Shown here in pieces: positions 17,244 through 26,749 of a stretch of 57,801 nucleotides of DNA (position 1 is the stretch's first letter; the number at the start of each line of letters is the position of its first letter). The position numbers were made by a program, and so were the translations under genes. The DNA lies in NCBI GenBank assembly GCA_046483935.1, contig JAWOCF010000135.1, forward strand, positions 1 through 57,801, written 5' to 3'. This DNA is from Bacteroidales bacterium (GTDB lineage: Bacteria > Bacteroidota > Bacteroidia > Bacteroidales > UBA7960). A model generated the notes under the pieces. It saw nothing but the letters and a program-made list of their open reading frames with translations, searched no databases and was not told where the DNA came from.

Positions 17244-19325
17244 ATGTTCTCAAGATTCACCATTCTCCTTTTTTTTGTGGCTTGCTTTATGATGGCTTGT
17301 CCGGTTCAGGCCGGAGCCCAGGACCGGCGTGTGGAAATTGCCGATAAGGCTTTTGAGCTCAAGCAATATCACGAGGCCATCGACCTTTATCGCAAGGCCT
17401 ATAACAAAGTGCGGCGTAAGGATCGTCAGGAAGCGGCACGCCTGGTGTTTCAGACCGCTTTGAGCTATCGCATGACCAATGATTTTCTCAGGGCGGAACC
17501 CTGGTTTCGCCGGGCCATCCTGATGCGTTTTCCTGATCCCAGGGCCGTGCTGTATCTGGCAGATGCCCAGATGAAAAACGAAAAGTTTCAGGAAGCCCTG
17601 AAGTCTTACAGGGATTATCAGGAGCTGCAACCCGACGACCCCCAGGCCCAGCTGGGCATTGCCTCAGCACAGATGGCCATGGACCTGGACGATGCGCAGA
17701 CACAGTACCAGGTGGAGGTGCTGAGAGCCTTAAATTCCCGACAAGATGATTTTACCCCTGCCTATGGTGATCATAATAATAATTCCCTGATTTTCTCTTC
17801 TTCGCGCGATGAAGCCCTGGGTGATGATACCGACCCCTGGACGGGTGGCAATCATACCTCATTGTTTATTGCCTATCAGAATCGTACCGGCGACTGGGAC
17901 GATGCCGTGCTGCTGGATGAAGGGCCCATTAACACTGAATACAATGAAGGGGCACCTTCGGTGAATGTCTCTGCCACTGAGTTGTTTTTTACCCGCTGCG
18001 TACGTGCAGCTGATGTGGATATGGGCTGTCGCATTTTTGTGGCCCGACGCGAAGGGTCAGGATGGGGGCAGCCTCAGGAGATCCCCATTACCAACGACAG
18101 TACTGTATCGGTTGGTCATCCGGCCATCAGCCCCGACGACATGGCGCTGTATTTCGCTTCCGACATGCCCGGTGGGCTGGGAGGGAACGACATCTGGGTG
18201 GTGCACCGCAGGGCTCCCGGTGATCCCTGGGGACCTCCCGAAAACCTGGGACCTGTGATCAACACCCCGGCTGATGACTTGTTTCCTTATGTACGTGAAA
18301 ATGGAGTGCTCTATTTTGCTTCCGAGGGCCGGCCCGGCCTGGGGGGTCTTGATATTTTTGCCTCAGAGCGCAACCGCGAGGGATGGTCGGAACCGGTGAA
18401 TATTGAAGTCCCCTTTAACAGCCCGGGCGATGATTTTGGAATCGTGTTTGACAGCCGTCGTGAACAAGGCTTTTTTTCTTCCAACCGCAAGGGAAGCAGG
18501 GGATATACCCTCTATTCTTTTATGCTGCCTCCCCTGGAGCTGGTTATTACCGGTACAGTGCGTGATGACAGTACCAGTGCCATCCTGCCGGGTGCCACGG
18601 TGCAGCTGGTGGGCTCCGATGGCACCTTGTTTCAGGCAGAAGCCGACAGCAGGGGCATCTACGAGTTCGGAAAGAATATCGTGAGGGAGAATACCCGTTA
18701 TGACTTGCTGGTGAGCAAGGAAAATTATTTTTCTGAAAGAAGCAGTGAATCCACTATTGAGGTGGCTGAAAGTAAAGTGTTCGTGCATGATTTCTCCTTG
18801 TTGCCGATCCCTGAAACCCCCATCGAACTACCCGAGATTCTTTATGAATTCGGGCGCTGGGAACTGCAACCACAGTTCCAGGATTCGCTCAACACCCTGG
18901 TGCAAACCCTTGAGGACAACCCCACCATTATTATTGAGTTAGCTTCGCACACCGACAGCCGTGGAGCGGATGCCATTAACGACACTCTTTCCCAGCGCAG
19001 GGCTCAGGCCGTGGTTGATTACCTGATTAAGAAAGGAATTGACCCCGACAGGCTCCGGGCCAAAGGTTATGGAAAGAGAGTGCCCCGGGTGATAGAAAGT
19101 GATATAGAGCGGGAAGGTTTTGAGTTTGCCGCAGGAACTGTGCTGGACGATGATTTCATCAACAGCCTGCCAACCGAAGAACATCAGGATGCGGCCCATC
19201 AATTGAACCGCCGCACTGAGTTCAGGGTGTTGAGCGATGATTTTGTGCCTCCCGAAGTGCCCGGGCAACGAAAGCCCGTGCCGGTGGAGATTTTTAATCA
19301 GCAGCAAAATGAGCCCCCTGATTAA
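17244..19325 (+). CDS. OmpA-family outer-membrane or periplasmic protein (TPR, TolB-like repeats, OmpA C-terminal domain)
   Basis: It has a signal peptide, a TPR-like N-terminus, repeated PD40-like segments (PAISPDDMALYFASD and similar), and a C-terminal OmpA motif LASHTDSRGADAINDTLSQRRAQAVVDYL...NRRTEF. Confidence 0.8.
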   Translation: MFSRFTILLFFVACFMMACPVQAGAQDRRVEIADKAFELKQYHEAIDLYRKAYNKVRRKDRQEAARLVFQTALSYRMTNDFLRAEPWFRRAILMRFPDPRAVLYLADAQMKNEKFQEALKSYRDYQELQPDDPQAQLGIASAQMAMDLDDAQTQYQVEVLRALNSRQDDFTPAYGDHNNNSLIFSSSRDEALGDDTDPWTGGNHTSLFIAYQNRTGDWDDAVLLDEGPINTEYNEGAPSVNVSATELFFTRCVRAADVDMGCRIFVARREGSGWGQPQEIPITNDSTVSVGHPAISPDDMALYFASDMPGGLGGNDIWVVHRRAPGDPWGPPENLGPVINTPADDLFPYVRENGVLYFASEGRPGLGGLDIFASERNREGWSEPVNIEVPFNSPGDDFGIVFDSRREQGFFSSNRKGSRGYTLYSFMLPPLELVITGTVRDDSTSAILPGATVQLVGSDGTLFQAEADSRGIYEFGKNIVRENTRYDLLVSKENYFSERSSESTIEVAESKVFVHDFSLLPIPETPIELPEILYEFGRWELQPQFQDSLNTLVQTLEDNPTIIIELASHTDSRGADAINDTLSQRRAQAVVDYLIKKGIDPDRLRAKGYGKRVPRVIESDIEREGFEFAAGTVLDDDFINSLPTEEHQDAAHQLNRRTEFRVLSDDFVPPEVPGQRKPVPVEIFNQQQNEPPD

Positions 19326-19433
19326 TGATGACTGATTGAATCAATAAATAGAATTTACCCTGCAGACCCATTTTGAATATTCAAAATGTTCCTGTGCAGG
19401 ATTAATGATAATAAATACTTTTTTTCTTCTTCA

Positions 19434-20594
19434 ATGAAATACTCCCGGCGTGGCGTTTCGGCCAAAAAGGAAGATGTGCATCAGGCCATCAAAAACCTGG
19501 ATAAAGGACTTTTTCCCAAAGCATTTTGTAAAGTGATTCCCGATTACCTGGGGGGTGATGATGCCTGGTGCAACATCATGCATGCCGATGGGGCAGGCAC
19601 CAAATCCTCACTGGCTTATCTGTACTGGAGAGAAACAGGCGACCTGTCGGTATGGGCTGGCATTGCCCAGGATGCCATCGTGATGAATCTTGACGACCTG
19701 TTATGTGTGGGAGCTGATAACCACATGCTGGTTTCATCGACTATTGGCCGCCACAAGGGGCGGATTCCGGGCGAGGTGATCGGGGCCATTATCAACGGCA
19801 CCGAGGCCTTTCTGGAGAACATGAGAGCTCATGGGGTGGAGATGGTGCTTACCGGGGGCGAAACGGCCGATGTGGGCGACCTGGTGCAGACAGTGATTGT
19901 AGATTCTACTGTTACAGCACGCATTCCCCGCCAGCAGGTCATTACCAATGAAAAGATCGCCCCGGGTGATGTCATCGTGGGGCTTGCCTCCTTCGGACAA
20001 ACCACCTACGAGGAGCAGTATAATGGCGGAATGGGAAGCAATGGCCTTACCTCGGCACGTCATGATGTCTTCTCGAAGATCTATGCAGAAAAGTATCCCG
20101 AAAGCTTTGACCAGTCGCTCGATCCTGATGTGGTATATAGCGGCAATTGCCTGCTGACCGATCCTGTAGAGGGTGCCCCGCTGGATGCCGGACAGCTGGT
20201 GCTATCACCAACGCGCACCTATGCACCGGTTATCAGGGCCATTTTCAAGGCTTTAAAACCCCATATTCATGGAATGGTACATTGCAGTGGCGGGGGACAA
20301 ACCAAGGTGCTTCATTTTATTGACGACCTGCACGTGGTGAAGGATAATTTGTTTGAAGTACCCCCTTTGTTCAGGCTCATTCAGCAACAATCCAATACCC
20401 CCTGGAAAGAGATGTACCAGGTGTTCAACATGGGCCATCGCATGGAGCTGTTTGTTCAGCCTGAGATAGCCGGTGACATTATAGATATCTGCCGGGGCTT
20501 CAATCTGGAGGCCCGGGTGATTGGTCGCTGTGAACAAGCCACCGCAAAGGCCCTGACAATTCATACAGAAGGCGGCATCTGCAGCTATCGCTGA
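19434..20594 (+). CDS. purM: AIR synthase-related protein (PurM-like phosphoribosylformylglycinamidine cyclo-ligase, Bacteroidota long form)
   Basis: MKYSRRGVSAKKEDVHQAIKNLDKGLFPKAFCKVIPDYLGGD...MHADGAGTKSSLAYLYW...DLLCVGA. I prefer the internal ATG at 19434 over the track start at 19386. Confidence 0.8.
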   Translation: MKYSRRGVSAKKEDVHQAIKNLDKGLFPKAFCKVIPDYLGGDDAWCNIMHADGAGTKSSLAYLYWRETGDLSVWAGIAQDAIVMNLDDLLCVGADNHMLVSSTIGRHKGRIPGEVIGAIINGTEAFLENMRAHGVEMVLTGGETADVGDLVQTVIVDSTVTARIPRQQVITNEKIAPGDVIVGLASFGQTTYEEQYNGGMGSNGLTSARHDVFSKIYAEKYPESFDQSLDPDVVYSGNCLLTDPVEGAPLDAGQLVLSPTRTYAPVIRAIFKALKPHIHGMVHCSGGGQTKVLHFIDDLHVVKDNLFEVPPLFRLIQQQSNTPWKEMYQVFNMGHRMELFVQPEIAGDIIDICRGFNLEARVIGRCEQATAKALTIHTEGGICSYR

Positions 20595-20618
20595 TTTAAT
20601 AATGCCGTTGATTTTTTG

Positions 20619-20626
20619 TATCTTTG
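20619..20626 (+). promoter_or_regulatory. Candidate -7 promoter box (TATCTTTG) for prfA
   Basis: It matches TAnnTTTG 24 nt upstream of the prfA ATG. Confidence 0.5.
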
Positions 20627-20649
20627 CCTGCTAAAATAAGGATACCATA

Positions 20650-21723
20650 ATGCTAATAGAAAAACTTCAGGCCATCAACCAGCGCTTTGAGGAAGTTGGA
20701 GAGTTGATCACCAATCCGGAAATTATTTCGGATATGAAAAGATACATCCAGCTGAATAAAGAATATAAAGACCTGGAACCTCTCATTGAAGCCTACAAAG
20801 AATACAAGAACGTACTCGACAATATAGAATCTTCGCGGCAAATGCTCAACCAGGAGAAAGATCCTGAATTTCGTGAAATGGCTAAGGCGGAGCTTGAAGA
20901 ACTGGAAGACCGGCAGCAAGCCCTGGAAGAAGAGGTCAGAATCCTTTTGATCCCTGCTGATCCACAGGACAGCAAGAACGCCATCCTTGAAATCCGTGCC
21001 GGCACCGGCGGGGATGAGGCAGCCATTTTTGCCGGTGAGATGTTCCGCATGTACCAGAAATACTGCGAAGGCAAAGGTTGGAAAACGGAAGTGGTAGAGA
21101 TGAATGAAGGCACTTCGGGTGGCTTCAAGGAAATCATTATCAATGTCACGGGCAATAATGTGTATGGGGTGCTGAAGTACGAATCGGGCGTTCACCGCGT
21201 ACAAAGGGTGCCCCAAACCGAGACCCAGGGCAGGGTGCATACCTCAGCGGCTACCGTGGCAGTGCTACCTGAAGCCGATGAGTTTGACATTGACCTGAAA
21301 ACGAGCGACATCCGCAAGGAGACATTTTGTGCCTCAGGTCCTGGCGGCCAGTCGGTAAACACTACCTATTCGGCAGTGCGACTTACCCATAATCCCACGG
21401 GGATCACGGTATCCATGCAGGATCAGAAGTCGCAGATCAAGAACTTTGAGAAAGCCATGAAGGTGCTGCGCTCCAGGATCTATGACATGGAATACAAAAA
21501 ATATCTGGATGAGATCTCTTCCAGACGTAAAACCATGGTAAGCACGGGTGACCGTTCGGCAAAGATCCGTACCTATAACTTTCCACAGGGCCGGGTGACC
21601 GATCACCGCATCGGGCTGACCCTCTATAATCTCTCTTCCATCATGGATGGTGACCTGCAGGAGATCATCGATTCGCTGCAGGTAGCCGAAAACAGTGAAA
21701 AACTTAAAGAAGGCGTTGCCTAA
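20650..21723 (+). CDS. prfA: Peptide chain release factor 1
   Basis: The GGQ motif [37 protein letters not shown] and the 357-aa length all fit RF1. Confidence 0.95.
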   Translation: MLIEKLQAINQRFEEVGELITNPEIISDMKRYIQLNKEYKDLEPLIEAYKEYKNVLDNIESSRQMLNQEKDPEFREMAKAELEELEDRQQALEEEVRILLIPADPQDSKNAILEIRAGTGGDEAAIFAGEMFRMYQKYCEGKGWKTEVVEMNEGTSGGFKEIIINVTGNNVYGVLKYESGVHRVQRVPQTETQGRVHTSAATVAVLPEADEFDIDLKTSDIRKETFCASGPGGQSVNTTYSAVRLTHNPTGITVSMQDQKSQIKNFEKAMKVLRSRIYDMEYKKYLDEISSRRKTMVSTGDRSAKIRTYNFPQGRVTDHRIGLTLYNLSSIMDGDLQEIIDSLQVAENSEKLKEGVA

Positions 21724-21735
21724 CCATCGAGACCT

Positions 21736-22578
21736 ATGCACAGAAGTGAGCTTGTTGAACTGATTCGCCATCGCCGCTCCTATCTTTGCGTTGGCCTGGA
21801 TACCGACCTGGAGAAAATCCCTCCCTTTCTGCATCAGCAATCAGAAGACCCGGTGTTTGAATTCAACCGTCGCATCATTGATGCTACCATCGATCTGGCT
21901 GTGGCGTATAAGCCCAATATGGCCTTTTACGAAAGCATGGGTAGCAAAGGATGGAAAAGCCTGGAGAAGACGGTTACATACCTGCGATCGCTCAGCAAAC
22001 CCGCTTTCATCATTGCGGATGCCAAACGCGGTGACATTGGCAATTCGGCCGGCCATTATGCCAAAGCATTTTTTGAAACCATGGATTTTGATGCTGTAAC
22101 GGTCAATCCATACATGGGGGAAGATACTATTCAACCCTTCCTGCAATACCCGGGCAAATGGGCTGTGGTGTTGGCAATTACCTCCAATGCCGGTTCAAAG
22201 GACTTCCAGGTGGTTGTGCAGTCAGATCCTTCGGCCCATGAAAGGCTTTATGAGCGGGTCATGCAAAAATGCATGGAATGGGGCAGCCTCCAGAACCTGA
22301 TGTTTGTGGTGGGCGCCACCCAGTCAGGGATCTTTGATGCTATCCGCCAAAAGGTGCCAGATCATTTTTTCCTGGTGCCCGGAGTAGGAGCACAGGGGGG
22401 CAGCCTGGAGGATGTTTCGCGCCGGGGGTTGACCCCTGATGCAGGTCTGCTGGTGAATGCTTCCCGTAGTATCCTGTATTGCTCACAGAACGAAGATTTT
22501 GACCTGCTGGCACATCAGGAAGCTGCCAGAATGCAAAAGCTCATGGAAAGCCTGCTGAAAGAAAAAAATATCATTTAG
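21736..22578 (+). CDS. pyrF: Orotidine 5'-phosphate decarboxylase (long, type 2 form)
   Basis: LCVGLDTD, IIADAKRGDIGNS and VPGVGAQGG are the characteristic motifs. Confidence 0.9.
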   Translation: MHRSELVELIRHRRSYLCVGLDTDLEKIPPFLHQQSEDPVFEFNRRIIDATIDLAVAYKPNMAFYESMGSKGWKSLEKTVTYLRSLSKPAFIIADAKRGDIGNSAGHYAKAFFETMDFDAVTVNPYMGEDTIQPFLQYPGKWAVVLAITSNAGSKDFQVVVQSDPSAHERLYERVMQKCMEWGSLQNLMFVVGATQSGIFDAIRQKVPDHFFLVPGVGAQGGSLEDVSRRGLTPDAGLLVNASRSILYCSQNEDFDLLAHQEAARMQKLMESLLKEKNII

Positions 22579-22627
22579 CATAAACCATTTCATCATAATT
22601 ATAACTAACATAACACGATATTCTATT

Positions 22628-24829
22628 ATGAAAAAACTTCTCGTTATTCTCTTACTGATTACCAGTTTTGCCTCCAGGGGAGTGGCCATCGAAGGAATGT
22701 GGCTCCCTGTGCTGATTGGAAAAAATATTGAACAGATGCAGGCCATGGGCCTGAACCTGGATGCCATTGACCTGTATAATGAAGAAGGTGCCAGCCTGAA
22801 AGATGCCATCGTGCGTTTCGGGGGTGGTTGTACCGGTGCTTTTATTTCGGCCGATGGCTTGCTGGTGACCAATCACCATTGTGGATATGGCCAGATTCAG
22901 CGCCATAGCTCTGTTGAAAATGATTACCTTAAGCATGGCTTCTGGGCCGGCAGCCGTGAAGAGGAGCTGGCAAATCCCGGCCTGACCATTACCATGCTGG
23001 TAAGAATGGAAGATGTGACCCAACAAGTAAATGCGGCTTTGAAGGATGGTATGGATGAGGAGGCCCGTAAGAAGGCTGTGCGTGAGGTGACCCGCCAAAT
23101 CAGTGATGTCGCTTCTGAGGATGGCCGCTACAAAACCCAGATCAGCCCTTTCTATTATGGCAATGAGTATTATCTCTTTGTATTCGAAGTGTACCGCGAT
23201 GTGCGACTGGTAGGTGCACCCCCTTCGGCCATTGGAAAATTCGGGGGTGATGTGGACAACTGGATGTGGCCCCGGCATTCGGGCGACTTCTCCCTGTTCC
23301 GCGTGTATGCCAATGCTGACAATGAACCGGCCGACTACAGCCAGGATAATGTACCCTATACCCCTTCCCATTTTCTGCCTGTTTCCAACAAAGGGGTCGA
23401 TCAGCATGATTTTACCATGATATACGGCTTCCCGGGCCGCACCAGCCAGTATCTTACTTCACATGAGGTAGACTACATCATCGAAATGCAAAATCCCGCC
23501 GCAATAGATATTCGTACCAACATCCTGGCCCTTTACGAACAGGATATGAACCAGAGCGACAAGGTGCGTATTCAATATGCTTCGAAGCATGCAAGGGTAT
23601 CTAATGCCTGGAAAAAATGGAAAGGCGAAAGCCGGGGACTCAAAAATATGAATGCTGTGCAACGCAAGCAGCAGATGGAACAAGCCTTCCAACTGTGGGC
23701 CGCCTCGCAGGGTCACCAGTCATATCAGGGATTAATTGATCAATTTGAAAAGGTCTATGAGGACTATCTTCCCTATCGGTTTGCTACGACCCTTTATAAT
23801 GAAGCCGGCAGAGGGATCGAAGTGGTTCGTTATGCCCAGTCTTTTAAGTCGCTGGTGGATGCCAGCAAGGATCCGGAAACCACTGACGAAGCGTTGGAAA
23901 AGGAACTGGAGAAATTAAAAAACGCAGCACAGGCCTATTTTAAAGATTATCATGCGCCCATTGATCAGAAGGTGCTGGAGGTGCTTGTCAAACAATATAT
24001 CGATCTCTCAGATCCTGCTTTTATGCCCGAAGCACTCATGCAGGTGGCCAGCCGCTTTGGTGACAACACAGCTGGTTTTGCTGAAAACATCTTCCGTCGT
24101 TCTATGCTCGTTTCAGAAGAGAAAACCATGGACTTTCTGAATAACTACAAGACGCGTAATTATAAAAAGCTGGAAAAAGATCCTGCTTATAATTTCGCCA
24201 TTCAGTTGCTCGATTATTATCAGCAGGAGCTCCGTCCCCATATACAGGCTAACAGCTCGGCACTCGACAGCCTCTATCGCCAATATACTGCGGGGCTGCG
24301 ACTGGCCGAACCCAATACCAACTTCTTTCCTGATGCCAATGGCACCCTGCGGATTTCGTACGGCAGGGTAGAAGGGTCAAACCCCCGTGATGCTGTGATT
24401 TACGACAACCACAGTACCGGGGAAGGAATCCTGGAAAAAGCCGCCAATAAAGATATTGCCGACTACCACATCCCTGAACGCCTGGAACAGCTGCTCACTA
24501 CCCGTCAATATGGTGATTTCGATAAAAATGGCGAACTGATGGTGAACTTCATTGCCAGCAACCACACTACCGGTGGAAACTCAGGTAGCCCCGTGATTGG
24601 TGCCAATGGCGAACTCATTGGCCTGAACTTCGACCGCAGCTGGGAAAGCACCATGAGCGACATTATGTTCGATCCTGAGCAGTGCCGCAACATTGCCATT
24701 AACTCACAATACATCCTTTGGGTGATCAGCCAGTATGCTCAGATGAGCTACCTGCTTGATGAGATGGTGATCGTGGAAGAAGAACTAACGCTCGATATTC
24801 ATCCCGGCCAGCCGGCTGAAGACCTCTAA
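22628..24829 (+). CDS. S46 family dipeptidyl-peptidase (DPP7/DPP11-like)
   Basis: A signal peptide is followed by EGMWLP, the catalytic His context LVTNHHCG and the Ser context TGGNSGSPV. The length is about 730 aa. Confidence 0.9.
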   Translation: MKKLLVILLLITSFASRGVAIEGMWLPVLIGKNIEQMQAMGLNLDAIDLYNEEGASLKDAIVRFGGGCTGAFISADGLLVTNHHCGYGQIQRHSSVENDYLKHGFWAGSREEELANPGLTITMLVRMEDVTQQVNAALKDGMDEEARKKAVREVTRQISDVASEDGRYKTQISPFYYGNEYYLFVFEVYRDVRLVGAPPSAIGKFGGDVDNWMWPRHSGDFSLFRVYANADNEPADYSQDNVPYTPSHFLPVSNKGVDQHDFTMIYGFPGRTSQYLTSHEVDYIIEMQNPAAIDIRTNILALYEQDMNQSDKVRIQYASKHARVSNAWKKWKGESRGLKNMNAVQRKQQMEQAFQLWAASQGHQSYQGLIDQFEKVYEDYLPYRFATTLYNEAGRGIEVVRYAQSFKSLVDASKDPETTDEALEKELEKLKNAAQAYFKDYHAPIDQKVLEVLVKQYIDLSDPAFMPEALMQVASRFGDNTAGFAENIFRRSMLVSEEKTMDFLNNYKTRNYKKLEKDPAYNFAIQLLDYYQQELRPHIQANSSALDSLYRQYTAGLRLAEPNTNFFPDANGTLRISYGRVEGSNPRDAVIYDNHSTGEGILEKAANKDIADYHIPERLEQLLTTRQYGDFDKNGELMVNFIASNHTTGGNSGSPVIGANGELIGLNFDRSWESTMSDIMFDPEQCRNIAINSQYILWVISQYAQMSYLLDEMVIVEEELTLDIHPGQPAEDL

Positions 24830-26047
24830 CTCAGGCATCAGATTGCCATAGATGATAATCTGATGGTTGCCCCTGACATTTTCAAGCCAGTCAGAGACCT
24901 TCGAATGAAGCTTGATGACTGCCTGTGTGCGGCAAAGATCAGGATGCTGCAAATGGGCATTGACAATATGACCGCTGCTTACCTGTAAGCTGTCGAAGGT
25001 GCTTGCACAGCGGATGATCGTCACTTCACGCATTTTTAATGGCCCGCTGATGGCTGTGCTCAACCCTGACTCCATATGTGTGGTCAGGGTTGAGTGTTTT
25101 TTACCTTCCAGCATGCTGGCCGGCAGAGTGCAATGAGCAAAGGTGATGGTGTTGTTCTCCAGGTCAACAGACGAGGGATTGGCCATCCAGGCAGGCTGGC
25201 CTGAAAGTTCCCGGGCCAGCAGCAGTGAAAACATGGCAGGCAGGTCACCCTCGCAGGCGGCCACGTACCCCTGATCGGCACACAGGCTCATGCCCATGCA
25301 GGCCGTGAACCCATGTGGCAGCAAATCAAAACAACGGATGGTAATCCCATCCAACCGGTGGCTGCTGATTATTGACCGCATGGCCAGGTAGGCACGGGAA
25401 GAATCAACCACCGATTGCCGGCTCACCTGTATGCTGCCATATTCATCATCCAAGGTATTGGAAATGGATTCTGCCTGTTGGGTTTCTATAACCTGGTATT
25501 CTTGCAATAATCTTCCAATTGGGAGGTGAACCAGGGTTGTGGAAAACCCTCCAAAGCCTTTTAGCTCATCGGAGGTGAGCAGCCATGGGGAAGGCTCCCC
25601 GATCACACCCAAACGCGCCCTGTTGATGTTTTCAAGCGCTTTAATTGATTTTATGAAATCGACTACCAGAGAAGGTGTCTGCTGATGATCATCAACGTAA
25701 AAAAGCCATGCCGGAATCTTGTGCCTGATCACCGAATACACTTCCAGGGCAGCAGCCAGGGAGTTTTTGCGGCCATCGCATACCAACATCAGCGGCTTGC
25801 GGTAGGTTTTTGCCACAAGGTGAGCCAGCCGTTCGGTGCCTCCCGAAGCCATGACCAGGATCAGGCCCTGGGGGCAACTCCCAGGGGCCAATAATGCTTC
25901 CTGCAGGGGGTGTGGGTCATTCCAGCTTCCGGCTCCAACAACATCGTGCCCATGATCCTTTTGCAGCTTGTTCAGGAAGGGTCCCCATCGGTCATTCACC
26001 TGTTTGGGCGTCTCGAACGGGGAATATAAAGTCAGGATCCGGATCAT
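24785..26047 (-). CDS. Uncharacterised protein, possibly L-fucose/L-arabinose isomerase-like (COG2407-like) fold
   Basis: The 420-aa product contains ITIRCFDLL...ACMGMSLCADQGYVAACEGDLPAMFSLLLARELSGQPAWMANP. From memory this resembles the CEGD core of FucI/AraA-like proteins, so the assignment is tentative. Its ATG overlaps the stop of the upstream DUF2721 gene (ATGA). Confidence 0.45.
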   Translation of the reverse strand: MIRILTLYSPFETPKQVNDRWGPFLNKLQKDHGHDVVGAGSWNDPHPLQEALLAPGSCPQGLILVMASGGTERLAHLVAKTYRKPLMLVCDGRKNSLAAALEVYSVIRHKIPAWLFYVDDHQQTPSLVVDFIKSIKALENINRARLGVIGEPSPWLLTSDELKGFGGFSTTLVHLPIGRLLQEYQVIETQQAESISNTLDDEYGSIQVSRQSVVDSSRAYLAMRSIISSHRLDGITIRCFDLLPHGFTACMGMSLCADQGYVAACEGDLPAMFSLLLARELSGQPAWMANPSSVDLENNTITFAHCTLPASMLEGKKHSTLTTHMESGLSTAISGPLKMREVTIIRCASTFDSLQVSSGHIVNAHLQHPDLCRTQAVIKLHSKVSDWLENVRGNHQIIIYGNLMPELEVFSRLAGMNIER

Positions 26048-26472
26048 GCTGATTTGTTCTTTGAGGATGAATGATTCAATGAACCCTCCATATCACTCAG
26101 CTGCAGGTTCAGGGCTTTTACGCTGATGTTGATCTCCCAGATGCTTAATGCCAGGCTCAGGATGAGCAGCAACAGGGCAATGCCAAAGATAATCTCTGCC
26201 ACCAGCATGGTATTGATGTAAATCAAAAACATGCATAGCACGCACAGCAACAGGCTGGTCAACCCATAGATCTGCATGCTGCGGATCATGTTCAATCGCT
26301 TTTGCAGGTTGCTGATCTGCCCGGAAAGCTGCTGGCTGGGGTTTTCTTTATACTGGGCATGAAGGTTTCGCACCAGGCCTGCCAGGGTCAGGAACCGGTT
26401 GGTATAGGCCAGCAACAGCAAACTGATGGCCGAGAACAGCAATGCGGGGGTGGTCAGGGTTAGGCTCTCCAT
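26044..26472 (-). CDS. DUF2721-like small membrane protein
   Basis: TPALLFSAISLLLLAYTNRFLTLAGLVRNLH plus two more TM helices give a pattern recalled from the DUF2721 family. Confidence 0.55.
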   Translation of the reverse strand: MESLTLTTPALLFSAISLLLLAYTNRFLTLAGLVRNLHAQYKENPSQQLSGQISNLQKRLNMIRSMQIYGLTSLLLCVLCMFLIYINTMLVAEIIFGIALLLLILSLALSIWEINISVKALNLQLSDMEGSLNHSSSKNKSA

Positions 26473-26673
26473 AACAATTTTTGTTTAGCAGGATAAAACA
26501 CAAGGGCATGGCAGAAAGCTAAGTTATGATCTTTTGCCATTTAAATGACAGTCCTTGCATATTTTGATGGCTGAAAAGTTATTTATGCAGATGTTTTTTT
26601 ATAAATGATGTTGAATACAAGTATGCCATTGCAGGCATTGAGGCTGTAATTAGGTGGTTTCAAGGATTTTTTG

Positions 26674-26681
26674 TATTTTTG
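26674..26681 (+). promoter_or_regulatory. Candidate -7 promoter box (TATTTTTG) for the DEAD-box helicase gene
   Basis: It matches TAnnTTTG and lies inside the track ORF (GTG 26654), which argues for a downstream start. Confidence 0.45.
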
Positions 26682-26749
26682 CAGTAATAATATTCACTTC
26701 AATAAATATACCCTACGGTATAGTTTGTAACACTAAACCTCCAACAACT

